From: Macrostomum hystrix
Taxonomy: Eukaryota > Animalia > Platyhelminthes
Length of the DNA: 64,000 nt
Direction of reading: 5' to 3'
NCBI GenBank assembly: GCA_950097015.1
Contig: CATNEN010000038.1
Coordinates: forward strand, 31,682,001 to 31,746,000
Part shown: piece after piece, positions 1-13,800 of the stretch
Numbering within the stretch: position 1 is the first letter of the stretch
How the letters are laid out: each line of letters starts with the position of its first letter
Notes under the pieces: model-generated
What the model was told of the DNA's origin: nothing
Databases searched by the model: none
The model's input: the letters and a program-made list of their open reading frames with translations, nothing else
Made by a program: the position numbers and the translations under genes

Positions 1-1720
1 TCTCTCTCGTGTCTCATCTCTCTCGTGTCTCATCTCACCCGTGTCTTATCTCTCTCGTGTCTCATCTCTCCCGTGTCTCATCTCTCTCGTGTCTCATCTC
101 TCTCGTGTCTCATCACTCTCGTGTCTCATCTCTCTCGTGTCTCATCTCTCCCGTGTCTCATCTCTCTCGTGTCTCATATCTCCCGTGTCTCATCTCTCTC
201 GTGTCTCATCTCTCCCGTGTCTCATCTCTCTCGTGTCTCATCTCTCCCGTGTCTCATCTCTCTCGTGTCTCATCTCACCCGTGTCTTATCTCTCCCGTGT
301 CTCATCTCTCCCGTGTCTAATCTCTCTCGTGTCTCATCTCACCCGTGTCTTATCTCTCTCGTGTCTCATCTCTCCCGTGTCTCATCTCTCTCGTGTCTCA
401 TCTCTCCCGTGTCTCATCTCTCTCGTGTCTCATCTCTCTCGTGTCTCATCTCACCCGTGTCTTATCTCTCCCGTGTCTCATCTCTCCCGTGTCTAATCTC
501 TCTCGTGTCTCATCTCACCCGTGTCTTATCTCTCTCGTGTCTCATCTCTCCCGTGTCTCATCTCTCTCGTGTCTCATCTCTCTCGTGTCTCATCTCTCCC
601 GTGTCTCATCTCTCTCGTGTCTCATATCTCCCGTGTTTCATCTCTCTCGTGTCTCATCTCTCCCGTGTCTCATCTCTCTCGTGTCTCATCTCTCCCGTGT
701 CTCATCTCTCTCGTGTCTCATCTCTCTCGTGTCTCATCTCACCCGTGTCTTATCTCTCTCGTGTCTCATCTCTCCCGTGTCTCATCTCTCTCGTGTCTCA
801 TCTCTCTCGTGTCTCATCACTCTCGTGTCTCATCTCTCTCGTGTCTCATCTCTCCCGTGTCTCATCTCTCTCGTGTCTCATATCTCCCGTGTCTCATCTC
901 TCTCGTGTCTCATCTCTCCCGTGTCTCATCTCTCTCGTGTCTCATCTCTCCCGTGTCTCATCTCTCTCGTGTCTCATCTCACCCGTGTCTTATCTCTCCC
1001 GTGTCTCATCTCTCCCGTGTCTAATCTCTCTCGTGTCTCATCTCACCCGTGTCTTATCTCTCTCGTGTCTCATCTCTCCCGTGTCTCATCTCTCCCGTGT
1101 CTCATCTCTCTCGTGTCTCATCTCTCTCGTGTCTCATCTCACCCGTGTCTTATCTCTCTCGTGTCTCATCTCTCCCGTGTCTCATCTCTCTCGTGTCTCA
1201 TCTCACCCGTGTCTTATCTCTCTCGTGTCTCATCTCTCCCGTGTCTCATCTCTCTCGTGTCTCATCTCTCCCGTGTCTCATCTCTCTCGTGTCTCATCTC
1301 ACCCGTGTCTCATCTCTCTCGTGTCTCATCTCACCCGTGTCTTATCTCTCCCGTGTCTCATCTCTCCCGTGTCTCATCTCTCTCGTGTCTCATCTCACCC
1401 GTGTCTTATCTCTCTCGTGTCTCATCTCTCCCGTGTCTCATCTCTCTCGTGTCTCATCTCACCCGTGTCTTATCTCTCTCGTGTCTCATCTCTCCCGTGT
1501 CTCATCTCTCTCGTGTCTCATCGCTCCCGTGTCTCATCTCTCCCGTGTCTCATCTCTCTCGTGTCTCATCTCTCCCGTGTCTCATCTCTCTCGTGTCTCA
1601 TCTCTGCCGTGTCTTATCTCTCTCGTGTCTCATCTCTCCCGTGTCTCATCTCTCTCGTGTCTCATCTCTCCCGTGTCTCATCTCTCTCGTGTCTTATCTC
1701 TCCTGTGTCTCATCTCTCCC
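1..1720. repeat. 16-bp minisatellite (CGTGTCTCATCTCTCY)n with a 704-bp higher-order duplication
   Basis: Rare variants recur at +704 (CATCAC at 111 and 815; CTAA at 317 and 1021). Confidence 0.95.
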
Positions 1721-2001
1721 CTGGTTAAAAACTCAATAAAAAATTCAATTCCTTAGCTTTTTACCGACTCCCAGTTTTGTAGTTTCATTTGTTGATCTCG
1801 GATTATTGAAGTAGCTGGTAAATAAATTGATATTTTAAATAAATTTTCACTGACCGCTTTTGAGGCAGTGCTCGGATTACATTCGTAAGTAGTGAAATAT
1901 TGTGAATATAGTGATGGTCATGTGCGAATTACGAGTACATGCCATTTAGTTCTATTTTAAGTTATTTCAAATCGTAATTCAGCGATTTTTATAAATCGAC
2001 T

Positions 2002-5000
2002 TTACAACTGAATGTTTAAAATTTCCTTCTTTCCCATGGCTGCTTCCAGGGAAATGCTGATTTGGTCGAATGTCTAAAAAAGAAACATGATTTTATTCGG
2101 CTTTTTATCAGACAGATACTGCGAAAAAACAACAGACAGGCAGACACTCACAACAGACAGGCAGTCACTTACAACAGACAGGCAGACACCCACAACAGAC
2201 AGACAGACACCCACAACAGACAGGAAGACACCCACAACAGACAGGCAGACACTCACAACAGACAGGCAGACACCCACATCAGACAGGCAGACACCCACAA
2301 CAGACAGGCAGACACCCACATCAGACAGGCAGACACCCACAACAGACAGGCAGACACCCACAACAGACAGGCAGACACCCACAACAGACAGGCAGACACC
2401 CACAACAGACAGACAGACACTCACATCGCAGTGTTTAGCTGGCAAGATGTCTGTCGTGCAGTTGAGCAGTCTCCAGAACTTTCCTACACCTGGCAGTAGG
2501 AGATTCTCAGTCACCGGTGTCCGTTTTACATATCCAAAATGGCTTCCCCTCTCGGCTGTGAAATTGGATAATTTTCTAGGTACATTTTAAAAAAGCACAT
2601 GATATTTATAGTTCAGTAAAGACTTACCTAGCCAACTGCACAGTAGTCCAACTTGAATGGTGACAAAGACGCCAATCAGTGGTATCCAAACGTAACTTAT
2701 AGAGTAGATGTACTCAGCCAGGAATCTGAGCAGTTCAATGTAAGTCACGCGAGTTTAATCGAGAATGCACAAATGTCAATAAATTTTCCCGCACGTTGTT
2801 TAACGAAAAAGTTATAGCAAAAAACTTTAACTTCTAATGCTAGTAGGCTCAGTTAAAACGAGAAAATTCTACATTCTTCTATACGCAAAATCCATATATA
2901 GAATGGACAGACACCCAGACAGAATGGATAGACAGACACCCAGACAGAATGGACAGACACCCAGACAGAATAGACAGACACCCAGATAGAATCGACAGAC
3001 ACCCAGATAGAATAGACAGACACCCAGATAGAATAGACAGACACCCAGACAGAATAGACAGACACCCAGATAGAATAGACAGACACCCAGATAGAATCGA
3101 CAGACACCCAGATAGAATAGACAGACACCCAGACAGAATGGACAGACACCCAGACAGAATAGACAGACACCCAGATAGAATCGACAGACACCCAGACAGA
3201 ATAGACAGACACCCAGATAGAATCGACAGACACCCAGATAGAATCGACAGACACCCAGATAGAATAGACAGACACCCAGATAGAATAGACAGACACCCAG
3301 ACAGAATGGACAGACACCCAGACAGAATAGACAGACACCCAGATAGAATCGACAGACACCCAGATAGAATAGACAGACACCCAGATAGAATAGACAGACA
3401 CCCAGATAGAATAGACAGACACACAGATAGAATGGACAGACACCCAGATAGAATAGACAGACACCCAGACAGAATAGACAGACACCCAGATAGAATGGAC
3501 AGACACCCAGATAGAATAGACAGACACCCAGATAGAATAGACAGACACCCAGATAGAATAGACAGACACACAGATAGAATGGACAGACACCCAGATAGGA
3601 TGGACAGACACCCAGATAGAATAGACAGACACCCAGATAGAATAGACAGACACACAGATAGAATGGACAGACACCCAGATAGGATGGACAGACACCCAGA
3701 TAGAATAGACAGACACCCAGATAGAATGGACAGACACCCAGATAGGATGGACAGACACACATATAGAATGGACAGACCAGCCAAAGTGATTGCTGTGTGA
3801 TGCTGACTTTACCCAATCGGCTGTGTCAGTGGCGCTCCTGCAGCTGTGTTTGGAGTTGATGTCCCTTCAATCGCCGCATTGTAGTTAACGACTGTCGAAT
3901 CCAACCAGATGTCGCTTCCATTGAAACTAGCAGCGCTGACATTGTCAAACAGTTGACAGCCGGTTATATTGCCGGGTAGTTTTACCAGCTGCCTATTGCT
4001 GACGTACGACCCGGCGCCGATCCAGACACCGACAGCGACGCCAACGATCGGACTGACAGCGGCCCCAAACCAGTTGGCCCTAGGAAACAAGCAAGCCAGG
4101 AGAATAAGACCCAAACTGGGGCCCGCAGCTGCCCCGAGAAATGTTGACACGGCTTGAATTATGGTGCCACCCAGCTGAGCAACTAGATAAGCGATGCCGG
4201 TGCCGATCAAACCGAACACTGCCACCAGAGCTTTCGCCGCTATTGTGGCCTGGCCTTCAGTTAGCTGCAAGTTTTTGTCGTAGGTAAGATTGTTGTAACC
4301 TCTCCTGATCTGTCAGGATGTCACTCTCCTGATCTGTCAGAATGTCACTCTCCTGATCTGTCAGGATGTCACTCTCCTGATCTGTCAGGATGTCACTCCC
4401 ATAAACTCTCAGGATGTCACTCCATAAACTGTCAGGATGTCACTATCCTGATCTGTCAGGATTTCACTCTCCTGATCTGTCAGGATGTCACTCCCATAAA
4501 CTGTCAGGATGTCACTCCCATAAACTGTAAGGATGTCACTTCCCTGACATCTCAGGATGTTACTCCCATAAACTCTCAGAATGTCACTCCATAAGCTGTC
4601 AGGATGTCACTCCCATAAACTCTCAGGATGTCACTCCATAAACTGTCAGGATGTCACTCCCATAAACTGTCAGGAAAGCACTCGCTGATCACTGAGGATC
4701 TAGTCTATCTGGAATCACAAGCAGGGGATCTACATTCTTGCAGGCGTAGGGTCGCAGCAGGTCTGTCCAGGCGATGGTTGACGCGGAGCTGAGCGCAGAG
4801 GAGACACTCGACAACGCAGCGGCCAGCAGAGCTGAAGTGAACAGTCCAGGAAATCCGGGTGCATTCATTCGCTCCATCACATAGTAGGTGACAATCTGGT
4901 TTGTGTCAGCCCAGCCGACCGCGTGAATGTCACAGGCCACGGAAGCGTAGCGGCTAAATAATGCCATGCCAACCAGACTGCATGCGCTGACCATCACACA

Positions 5001-8000
5001 ATGGCCCGCCAGGCCAAGGAACAAACTCCTGGAGCGGTTATTAAACATTGAAATTATTTAATAGGCTCATCTGCAACTAATACTAACACGTATAAGCAAG
5101 TAAAACGACCAATTAAAAGAAACGACCTCCTAAAACCAACTGAAACGAACAACTAAAACCAACTAAAACGAACACCTAAAACCAACTGAAACGAACAACT
5201 AAAACCAACTAAAACGAACACCTAAAACCAACTGAAACGAACAACTAAAACCAACTAAAACGAACACCTAAAACCAACTAAAACGAACACCTAAAACCAA
5301 CTGAAACGAACAACTAAAACCAACTAAAACGAACACCTAAAACCAACTGAAACGAACAACTAAAACCAACTAAAACGAACACCTAAAACCAACTGAAACG
5401 AACAACTAAAACCAACTGAAACGAACAACTAAAACCAACTAAAACGAACACTTAAAACCAACTGAAACGAACAACTAAAACCAACTAAAACGAACACCTA
5501 AAACCAACTGAAACGAACAACTAAAACCAACTAAAACGAACAACTAAAACCAACTAAAACGAACACCTAAAACCAACTAAAACGAACACCTAAAACCAAC
5601 TGAAACGAACAACTAAAACCAACTAAAACGAACAACTAAAACCAACTAAAACGAACACCTAAAAGCAAATAAAACGAACACCTAAAAGCAAATAAAACGA
5701 ACACCTAAAAGCAAATAAAGCGAACACCTAAAAGCAACTAAAACGAACACCTAAAAGCAAATAAAACGAACACCTAAAACCAACTGAAATGACTACCTAA
5801 AAGCAAATAAAACGAACACCTAAAAGCAACTAATACGAACACCTAAAAGCTAATAAAACGAACACCTAAAAGCAACTAAAACGAACACCTAAAACCAAAA
5901 GAAACGAACACCTAAAACCAAATAAAACGAACACCTAAAACCAAAAGAAACGAACACCTAAAACCAAATAAAACGAACACCTAAAAGCAACTAAAACGAA
6001 CACCTAAAAGCAACTAAAACGAACACCTAAAAGCAACTAAAACGAACACCTAAAAGCAAATAAAACGAACACCTAAAAGCAACTAAAACGAACACCTAAA
6101 AGCAACTAAAACGAACACCTAAAAGCAACTAAAACGAACACCTAAAAGCTAATAAAACGAACACCTAAAAGCAACTAAAACGAAAACCTAAATGCAACTA
6201 AAACGAACACCTAAAACCAACTGAAACGAACACCTAAAACCAACTGAAACGAACACCTAAAAGCCTAAATTTTATTGGAAATCAACTTCTCTTGGCCTCA
6301 CATTCTTGCTGCTTTAAGATTTGGCAGGGCGCTGATTCGCTGCACAGCGGCTTGACTAACTCCAACAGAGGACAGCCAGTACACGGCAGTGCCGACCGTC
6401 ATACCCCACATTGAATGCCTCTCTCGCGGATCCAGAGTCAATGATGGAATCTGCATGCGACCATAGTCTGTGTTCAACTGCCACATTGCGCCGACACCGC
6501 CCGAGTCAACGACCGCCTGTTTTGAGTCATTTTGTGAGCTGGAACAGTTTCTTGAAGAATCCTCTCAGGACAAAAAAGTCCTACCTTGATGGCCACTGAC
6601 AGAACGCCTGTCAGCATGATGCCAGCTTGGATAGCATCGACCCAGACCACAGCCTTCATGCCGCCTAGCATTGTATAAAATGTGCCAATTAGGCCGCAGG
6701 CAGCGATGACGTACTCACGACGGACAGCGTTGTTTGTGACTGCGATAGGTTTGCAAATAGAAATTAAACAAAACTGTTGTAGCCGCGTCTTGGAATTTTC
6801 TTGCAGCACCCACCCACCTCCAATAATAACCACCTCACTGACTGCAGCGCCCACCCCACCTCCAATAATAACCATCTCACTGACTGCAGCACCCACCCCA
6901 CCTCCAATAATAACCATCTCACTGACTGCAGCGCCCACCCCACCTCCAATAATAACCATCTCACTGACTGCAGCGCCCACCCCACCTCCAATAATAACCA
7001 CCTCACTGACTGCGGCACCCACCCCACCTCCAATAATAACCATCTCACTGACTGCAGCGCCCACCCCACCTCCGATTAAAACCACCTCACTGACTGCGGC
7101 ACCCACCCCACCTCCAATAATAACCATCTCACTGACTGCAGCGCCCACCCCACCTCCGATTAAAACCACCTCACTGACTGCAGAGCCCACCCCACCTCCG
7201 GCTAAAACCACGCCACTGATTGCAGCACCCACCCCACCTCCAATAATAACCATTTTACTGACTGCAGCACCCACCCCACCTCCCCAGCCATCCAGTCAGA
7301 TGGCCGATATACTAATTGTATTCACATGCCAGCAGAACAATGATTTACCTTTCTCAGTAGCCGTACAAGGTGCAAATGTTGCCATTCCAGCGTACATGGT
7401 CTAAAACACAGTAAAGTCTATTCCCGCTTTCATTCTGACGCATGAAAAATATGCAATTTACAAGTACTTTAATACACAAAAAAGTGCTTACCATAATTAT
7501 CAGACTTAAGACAGTGCCGACAGAACGAGCCGCTTTTGATTTGAACCGTTTCTCCAGATACTGGAACGATAAAATGTTAATAATTTAGTAAAATCGCAGA
7601 AATAGTAGACTTAATGACTTGTTCTATTCATTATCTTGTGCATTATTTGATAGCGATAATTGGGTTCGATGTGCAGCCGACAGCACAGCCGCGGCTATTG
7701 CGCTGCGCATAAGTAGGCTGCGTACGGCTGTTCAGTCCATGGACTGGGGGAGATGCCACACTTAAACCGCAATTACCCAAGCTAATGGTGGTTCCCATTT
7801 TAACAGCTGGGTGAATTGAAGCAATGCAGAGTTCAGTGTCTTGCTAAAAGACAGAAATTTCTAGTTTTAGGAGTCGAAAATGGAACCCTCGAACTTCTTT
7901 AGTGCCTTAAATAATTCTGGCAGCAATTTCAAACCTCGGTAAAAAATTTCTTCCTGTCAGTATGTCACTCCCCTAAGCTGTCAGGAAGTCACTCCCCTAA

Positions 8001-9044
8001 GCTGTCAGGAAGTCACTCCCCTAAGCTGTCAGGATGTCACTCTCCTGATCTGTCTGGCTGTCACTCCCCTAAGCTGTCAGGATGTCACTCCCCTAAGCTG
8101 TCAGGATGTCACTCCCCTAAGCTGTCAGGATGTTAATCCCCTAAACTCTCAGGATGTCACTCGCCAAAACTCTCAGGATGTCACTCTCCTGATTTGTCAG
8201 GATCTCACTCTCCTGATCTGTCAGGATGTCACTCCCCTGATTTATTAGGATATCAATCCCCTGATCTGTCAGTATGTCCCTCTCCTGATCTGTCAGTATG
8301 TCACTCTCCTGATCTGTCAGTATGTCACTCTCCTGATCTGTCAGGATGTCACTCTCCTGATCTGCCAGGATGTCACTCTCCTGATCTGTCAGGGTGTCAC
8401 TCCCCTGATCCGTCAGGATGTCACTCTCCTGATCTGTCAGTGTGTCACTCTCCTGATCTGTCAGGATGTCACTTCCCTAAGCTGTCAGGATGTCACTCCC
8501 CTAAGCTGTCAGGATGTCACTCTCCTGATCTGTCCGGGTATCACTCTGATCTGTCAGGATGTCACTCCCCTAAACTGTCAGGATTTCACTCCAAAAAATG
8601 TCAGGATGTCACCCCCCTGATCCATCAGTCTTCACTCCTGAAAGTTGATATTGCTGCAAGTACATGTATATAGTCTATGGTCCAATCGCTCACCTCGAAA
8701 GCGCTGGTCAGCCGCAGCGGGTAGAACAGCGGCACAAACAGCAATGCAGAACCAACATAGGCAGCGCAGACGCCAATCAGGTGAAAATGAAAGCCGATGC
8801 CGTTCAGGTAGATTTCAGCCGGTTGGCCCAGTATGAGGATAGCAGAAAGGAAACTAGCCACTAGGGACACGGATACAGGTAGGAGGCGCATGCTGCGATC
8901 TCCCATCAGATACTCGGCTGTAGTCTTCTGGCGTCCCCCGGATACGGCAAAGTAGATCCCAACTGAGCAGGAGATGAGCAGGGATATGGCCAGAATGGCA
9001 TAGTCGGCCCAATGGAAGCTATTGTTTGTTTGCTGAAGTGCCAT
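2002..9044 (-). CDS. SLC5-family sodium/solute symporter (SLC5A5/6/8/12-like), 10 exons
   Basis: Exons (minus): 9044-8694, 7560-7492, 7400-7349, 6739-6585, 6516-6302, 5028-4734, 4264-3813, 2725-2628, 2555-2425, and a last exon ~2073-2002 (alternative acceptor at 2118). All are GT-AG and phase-consistent. Family motifs: DYAILAISL..GIYF, EYLMGDRSM..LPVSVSLVASFLSA..LGQPAEIY, YLEKRF, YTMLGGMKAVVWVD, SQAAVQR, PGFPGLF..ALSSVSS. Confidence 0.93.
2130..2424. repeat. 21-bp intronic minisatellite (CAACAGACAGGCAGACACCCA)n
   Basis: Seen directly; begins at the splice donor of the last SLC5 intron. Confidence 0.95.
2898..3778. repeat. 21-bp intronic minisatellite (ATAGAATRGACAGACACCCAG)n
   Basis: Seen directly. 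Confidence 0.95.
4300..4675. repeat. ~24-bp minisatellite (TGTCAGGATGTCACTCTCCTGATC)n
   Basis: Seen directly; same family as 7955-8620. Confidence 0.95.
5100..6265. repeat. 23-bp A-rich minisatellite (CTAAAACCAACTRAAACGAACAM)n
   Basis: Seen directly. Confidence 0.95.
6803..7285. repeat. 45-bp intronic minisatellite, ~10 copies
   Basis: CCCACCCCACCTCCAATAATAACCATCTCACTGACTGCAGC units. Confidence 0.95.
7700..7895 (-). mobile_element. SINE family B (CORE-SINE-like) fragment
   Basis: The minus strand reads TGTCTTTTAGCAAGACACTGAACTCTGCATTGCTTCAATTCACCCAGCTGTTAAAATGGG, resembling the CORE domain. It shares CCCAGTCCATGGACTGAACAG with the copy at 22120. Confidence 0.7.
7955..8620. repeat. ~24-bp minisatellite (TGTCAGGATGTCACTCYCCTRAKC)n
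   Basis: Seen directly. Confidence 0.95.
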
Positions 9045-9679
9045 TGCTAAATGCTTGTTCAATAGATTTGATTGTCAGTCAAATTTTCGAAGCCTTTTTC
9101 AAAACAATCTAGCTTTATACACAATAAGTTTAACCAGAGCTTTTATCTTATCGGAACTTAAATAGTCAAATATTAACATGTATAGTCTAAGTCTCCTCAA
9201 TTCGATCGAGTATAATTAGGCAGATAAGCGACGTAAGATATCAGGTAATTATTCTCTCAAAAGTTTAGTTTGGGGTCAGTTATATAGAATTAAGTGTGGT
9301 CGCCTGTCTGAAAAACCTGTTGTAACCAGTTACTAGTTTTGTTGATCTGTTGGTCAGTGCCTTTTTTGATTCGTAATATTGCTACCGCTTATAATTTGTA
9401 TTGTAACTAAATATCCGATTGCTAGCCGAATATAAAATATAGCAAGTTACTAACTCCACAGTTTAAATAATTACTCGTTGTCAAACAGTTTTATATAGTT
9501 GTGCTTAATCGCATTTAAATATTATTCTAATTTAAGTGCTTAATTCATGATAAGAAAGGCATAAGAGTGAAGCTTTTTTAACGCTGTAAATAAATTGACC
9601 TGCTGAAAATAAATCAGAAGTACATGTACCTCTCGAAAACTAAATTCAAGAGCTGGTGGATGCTATTGCTGCTGATTTA

Positions 9680-9845
9680 TTGTTAGACACAATTAACTGT
9701 TAGATACGATGAACTGTTAGACACGATTCACCTAATTTTGTCTAACGAATTGTTAGACACGATAAACTGTTAGACACAATGTACCCCTTGTTAGACACGA
9801 TAATCTGTTAGATACGATAACCAGTTGGACACGATGAACTCTTAG
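9680..9845. repeat. Degenerate 17-bp array (TGTTAGACACGATGAAC), related to 12331-12592
   Basis: Seen directly. Confidence 0.8.
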
Positions 9846-10469
9846 ACCAATTTGCATGACAATCGCCTTATTTTTGCTATTCATACATTTTTCTTAAAAC
9901 TTAGTGGCTGCTAAAAAAATTGATAACACCTCATAAAGAAATGAACATATATATTTGTTTTTTATTATTAATTCTGTTTTTATTCAAAAGTAAAATAATA
10001 TAACATTTAAAACATAGGCATACGATACAAAATCGTTAAAGAACAAAAAAAATTCTGGTGAATCGGTTTGAATAGTCAATAGTAAAACAAAATATTCAAT
10101 ACTTAAAAAACGTGACTAAAGTTGTTTATTTTGTCAATACTTAATTGCCGGACAAAAGATGCTAGTAGAGAAATATATAAAGAAGAATACTTCACTATTT
10201 TCGTTATTATTTTTATCTACGAATCATTTGATTATTTAATTTAAGTGGTGCAGGCGCGACAAAGGACTGGAAAATTAAAGTACATTAACTAAAGAAATGA
10301 ATATTAGAAAATAAAATTAATAAAATAAAGAAGCATTAGACGGGTAAAATAAATAAAATATGAAGTTCTAGTGCATTATATATTTGTTTATTTATGCAAA
10401 ATTAATCTTTAGGACTTGTTTTATTTACTATATAGTATAGTTAGATATTCGAAGCACAGTTAGGAAGCA

Positions 10470-10545
10470 ATTTGTGTCCTTAAGTGAGGCGCACTAAATT
10501 CCTTAGTGCTTCAGTTCACCCAATTATAGTAGAATTGGTACTGCA
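10470..10545 (+). mobile_element. Degenerate CORE-like SINE fragment
   Basis: TTTGTGTCCTTAAG..GTGCTTCAGTTCACCCA resembles family B. Confidence 0.4.
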
Positions 10546-10801
10546 GCATCGTTGTATTTTAAATTGGGTCTGTTTAAAATTAGTCTATTATAATGAATAT
10601 TAAAAAAGCTATTAACTAAATACTTTTAAAGATAAAATTAATTTACGGTTTTTTTAAAAAAAGAAGTGAGGTAAACAAACGAACAAAACGCTCACGAATT
10701 TAAAATTATTACGTCTATCGGAAGTATTTTTTCGGTTACAATTGTGTACAAAGCAGCGAGAATAGGGTGTGGACTAATTAAGTGATTGAATATCGCTTTC
10801 G

Positions 10802-13800
10802 TTATCGAAAATCTATAGTAGCGGCGGCACTTGAGCAGCGCTCAAAAGCCCGACTGTCCGAGCTGCTCGAAGTGGCGCCCTTCGACGAGGCGGCGTATTC
10901 TCCTCCAGCCGCTGATGCAGCTGTGACGGAGCGGCCAATGTCGTTTGTACTTCTCGAAGCGTCAAGAACTTGTGGCGGCGGGGGCGGTGGCGGTGGCGGC
11001 GGTAGAAGCGGTGGCGACGGATGCCGGAAGCTGCTGACCCGCTCCGGCACTGGCGGTGGCGGCTGATAAGGCGGCTCGCCCGACAACAACAATCTGGCGG
11101 CGTCGCGCACCGCCTGTCGAATGGTCTTCAAGAAGTCGTCTCTGGCTTCGGCGGTACTGGATTGAGAATGGTTGAGTGTTCGCGTGGTTTAAGAATAAAT
11201 CCAGGACCACTAGAAGGAGTGGAAGGGATGGGAGACTACATTTCTTAGAAAAATACACTATGTAGAAAGGAAGTTTTTTCAGCACAAATTTAATGACTTT
11301 GATGACTGAAGGCGGATCAATCGCTCACCTTTTGATAATTGGGGTCAGTGGCAGAGCGCGTTAACGCGTTTGCCCCTCGCACCAAGGTCCCTAAGCTCGA
11401 TTCCGCGGCGAGGCCACATTCATTTGGGGCGCAGCCGCGGAGAGAAGGCTTAGTGGCTTGTCGTGTAATTTACGCCATTGAAGGCCAACCTCAAGGCACA
11501 GTGAGAGTGCACACTGCCTGACGATTAGAAAGTCAGGGCAGATGTACACACCTGTGTGAGTGTGTGCTCAGGAGTCAGCGGAATGGGCAGAATTGCCTCC
11601 TCGCTGGCTGCTGGTCAAGTGTCAACAAATGATGTACCGTTGCCTGCAGCCCTCTAGCAAGTATAATTATTATCATTGATCATGGCATTCTTATTTATAG
11701 CTTCATCGACTTCTGTCAAGCTTTTTAGTGAAAACATCGATTTCATATTCACTTTTTCTCAACATACCTGTGCCAGAAAAACTGATCCTGAACCAACAAA
11801 ACTACTCGTAAAGTGGACCCTTGGTAGCTCGTAGAATAAAAAAAACCTGACTTTTATTTTTTCCGGAATCACAGAATTAGCATCGTAGATATATTCAACA
11901 ATTCTCGTCGTGGTCTTGTCTGGTGGCAAAAACTACCAAATATCGGAATGCATTTTCTGCCTACTAAATTTCATCGTGTAACTATTTCTGCTATTATTGT
12001 TTATTACATTGTTAACTATTGTTGTTGAATCAATATGGATTCGTCAGAGGTTTATACAGAGAAATGGACCAATCCGTTTGGATGTACAACCCATGTAAAA
12101 TCACAGCTAGTTAGATTTTGCACTAACCTATTCGACAGTTGATACAATTTCTCCATTCTGTTATCCTCCAAAGAGGCCAGGTGCACCAGATCCCACAGGT
12201 AGGTCCGCTGGGCGTCGTTAGAGAGGCCGCAGCGGACCTGAACGTCCGTAGCCGGTATGACAGTTTGAAATCGAATCAAGTCGTAGTTTCGCATGGCGGC
12301 CTGTGAGGTAGAAACAAACTGTGGGGTGTACTGTTAGACACGATGAACTGTTAGATACGATGAACTGTTAGACACGATGAACTGTTAGACACGATGAACT
12401 GTTAGATACGATGAACTGTTAGACACGATGAACTGTTAGATACGATGAACTCTTAGATACGATGAACTGTTAGATACGATGAACTGTTAGATACGATGAA
12501 CTGTTAGACACAACGAACTCTTAGATACGATGAACTGTTAGACACGATGTACTCTTAGATACGATGAACTGTTAGACACGATGAACTGTTAAATTCGATT
12601 AATTTTTCCTTACGTCTAGTCAAAAGTGGCGAGTCCACTCACAGATAGGGCAATAAGTTTTCCCTTGGAACTTGACTACCTTTCACACGTTGAGGATAAT
12701 TAACCTACCCTGGCTGAGTCCTCGGTCGGTCTTGGTTCTTGGCAGAGCAACACAACGGCGTGGCGAAACACGAAGCAACTGGTGCACATGTGCTGCTGCT
12801 GGTCAGTCTGACCAACGCTAAGACTTTCGACAGAATTCAACCATTCGACTGTGCCAAACATTCTCAACTCGCCGATGCTCAGGTCCACGGGCTGAGGGAA
12901 ACGTTTTCAAAATTACTCTTTTGTTATGTAGCCTATTTCTGATTTCTGATTTCATTTCTGTTCCCTACTTTTGAGAAATTCAATTCAGACACGAGATCAG
13001 CCTCTAAAATCTCTCAGGTAGTCCAATGCATGAATTCCTTCAGCCTTCAAGAAACGCCTAGGGGTATCTTGTCAAACATCACCTCTTATGTATCTCCTCG
13101 GGTATATTGATAGGTAACTCCTCACGTATCTCCCCAGGTATCTGCTCATATATCTTCACAGATATATTTAGGTAACTCCTAAGTTATCTCCTCATATATC
13201 TCCTCAGGTGTCTCCTCAGGTACTCTCTCATGTATCTCCTCAGGTTTCTCCTCAGGTATGTTCTCAGTTATCTTCTGGGGTACCTTCTCAGATGTACTGT
13301 CAGGTACCTAATTTGGTATCTCCTCAGGTATCTTCTCAGGTACCTCATTCGGTATCTCCTCAGGCATCTCCTATTGTATCTTTTCAGGTATCTCCTCGGG
13401 TATTTACTTGAGTCTGCCTAGATTATAGTTTCAAATCTGGTTAGTTTTACCGGTTTGTGCGGGTAGACCTGTCGAAAAAGGTCGGCCAATTCGTCGAATG
13501 TCGCTCCGAAGTCATGCCGAATCTGCTGCATTTCGTTCACGTGACTTGCCACCGGTTGAATGCATCGAATAGCCTCTAAAATATTTTTGTGATTAATTTG
13601 TGAGTGCGGAAGTACTTGAGTGCGGAAGTACTTGAGTGCGGAAGTACTTGAGTGCGGAAGTACTTGAGTGCGGAAGTACTTGAGTGCGGAAGTACTTGAG
13701 TGCGGAAGTACTTGAATGCGGAAGTACTTGAGTGCGGAAGTACTTGAGTGCGGAAGTACTTGAGTGCGGAAGTACTTGAGTGCGGAAGTACTTGAGTGCG

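Noticed and set aside
9-1756. Long ORFs over tandem arrays (also at 2853-3816, 22753-24807, 29716-31136, 34882-36770, 37417-39460, 39871-40709, 51677-52551, 56929-61876)
   Set aside because: They are periodic translations of stop-poor minisatellites, open in several frames or strands, and lie in introns or intergenic DNA.
6474-7404. Mucin-like or Gly-rich proteins from the 45-bp array
   Set aside because: The array lies in SLC5 intron 3. Retention from exon 3 meets an in-frame TGA before the array.
9045-10801. Operon linking sif and the SLC5 gene (same strand, ~1.75 kb apart)
   Set aside because: There is no sequence evidence beyond proximity.
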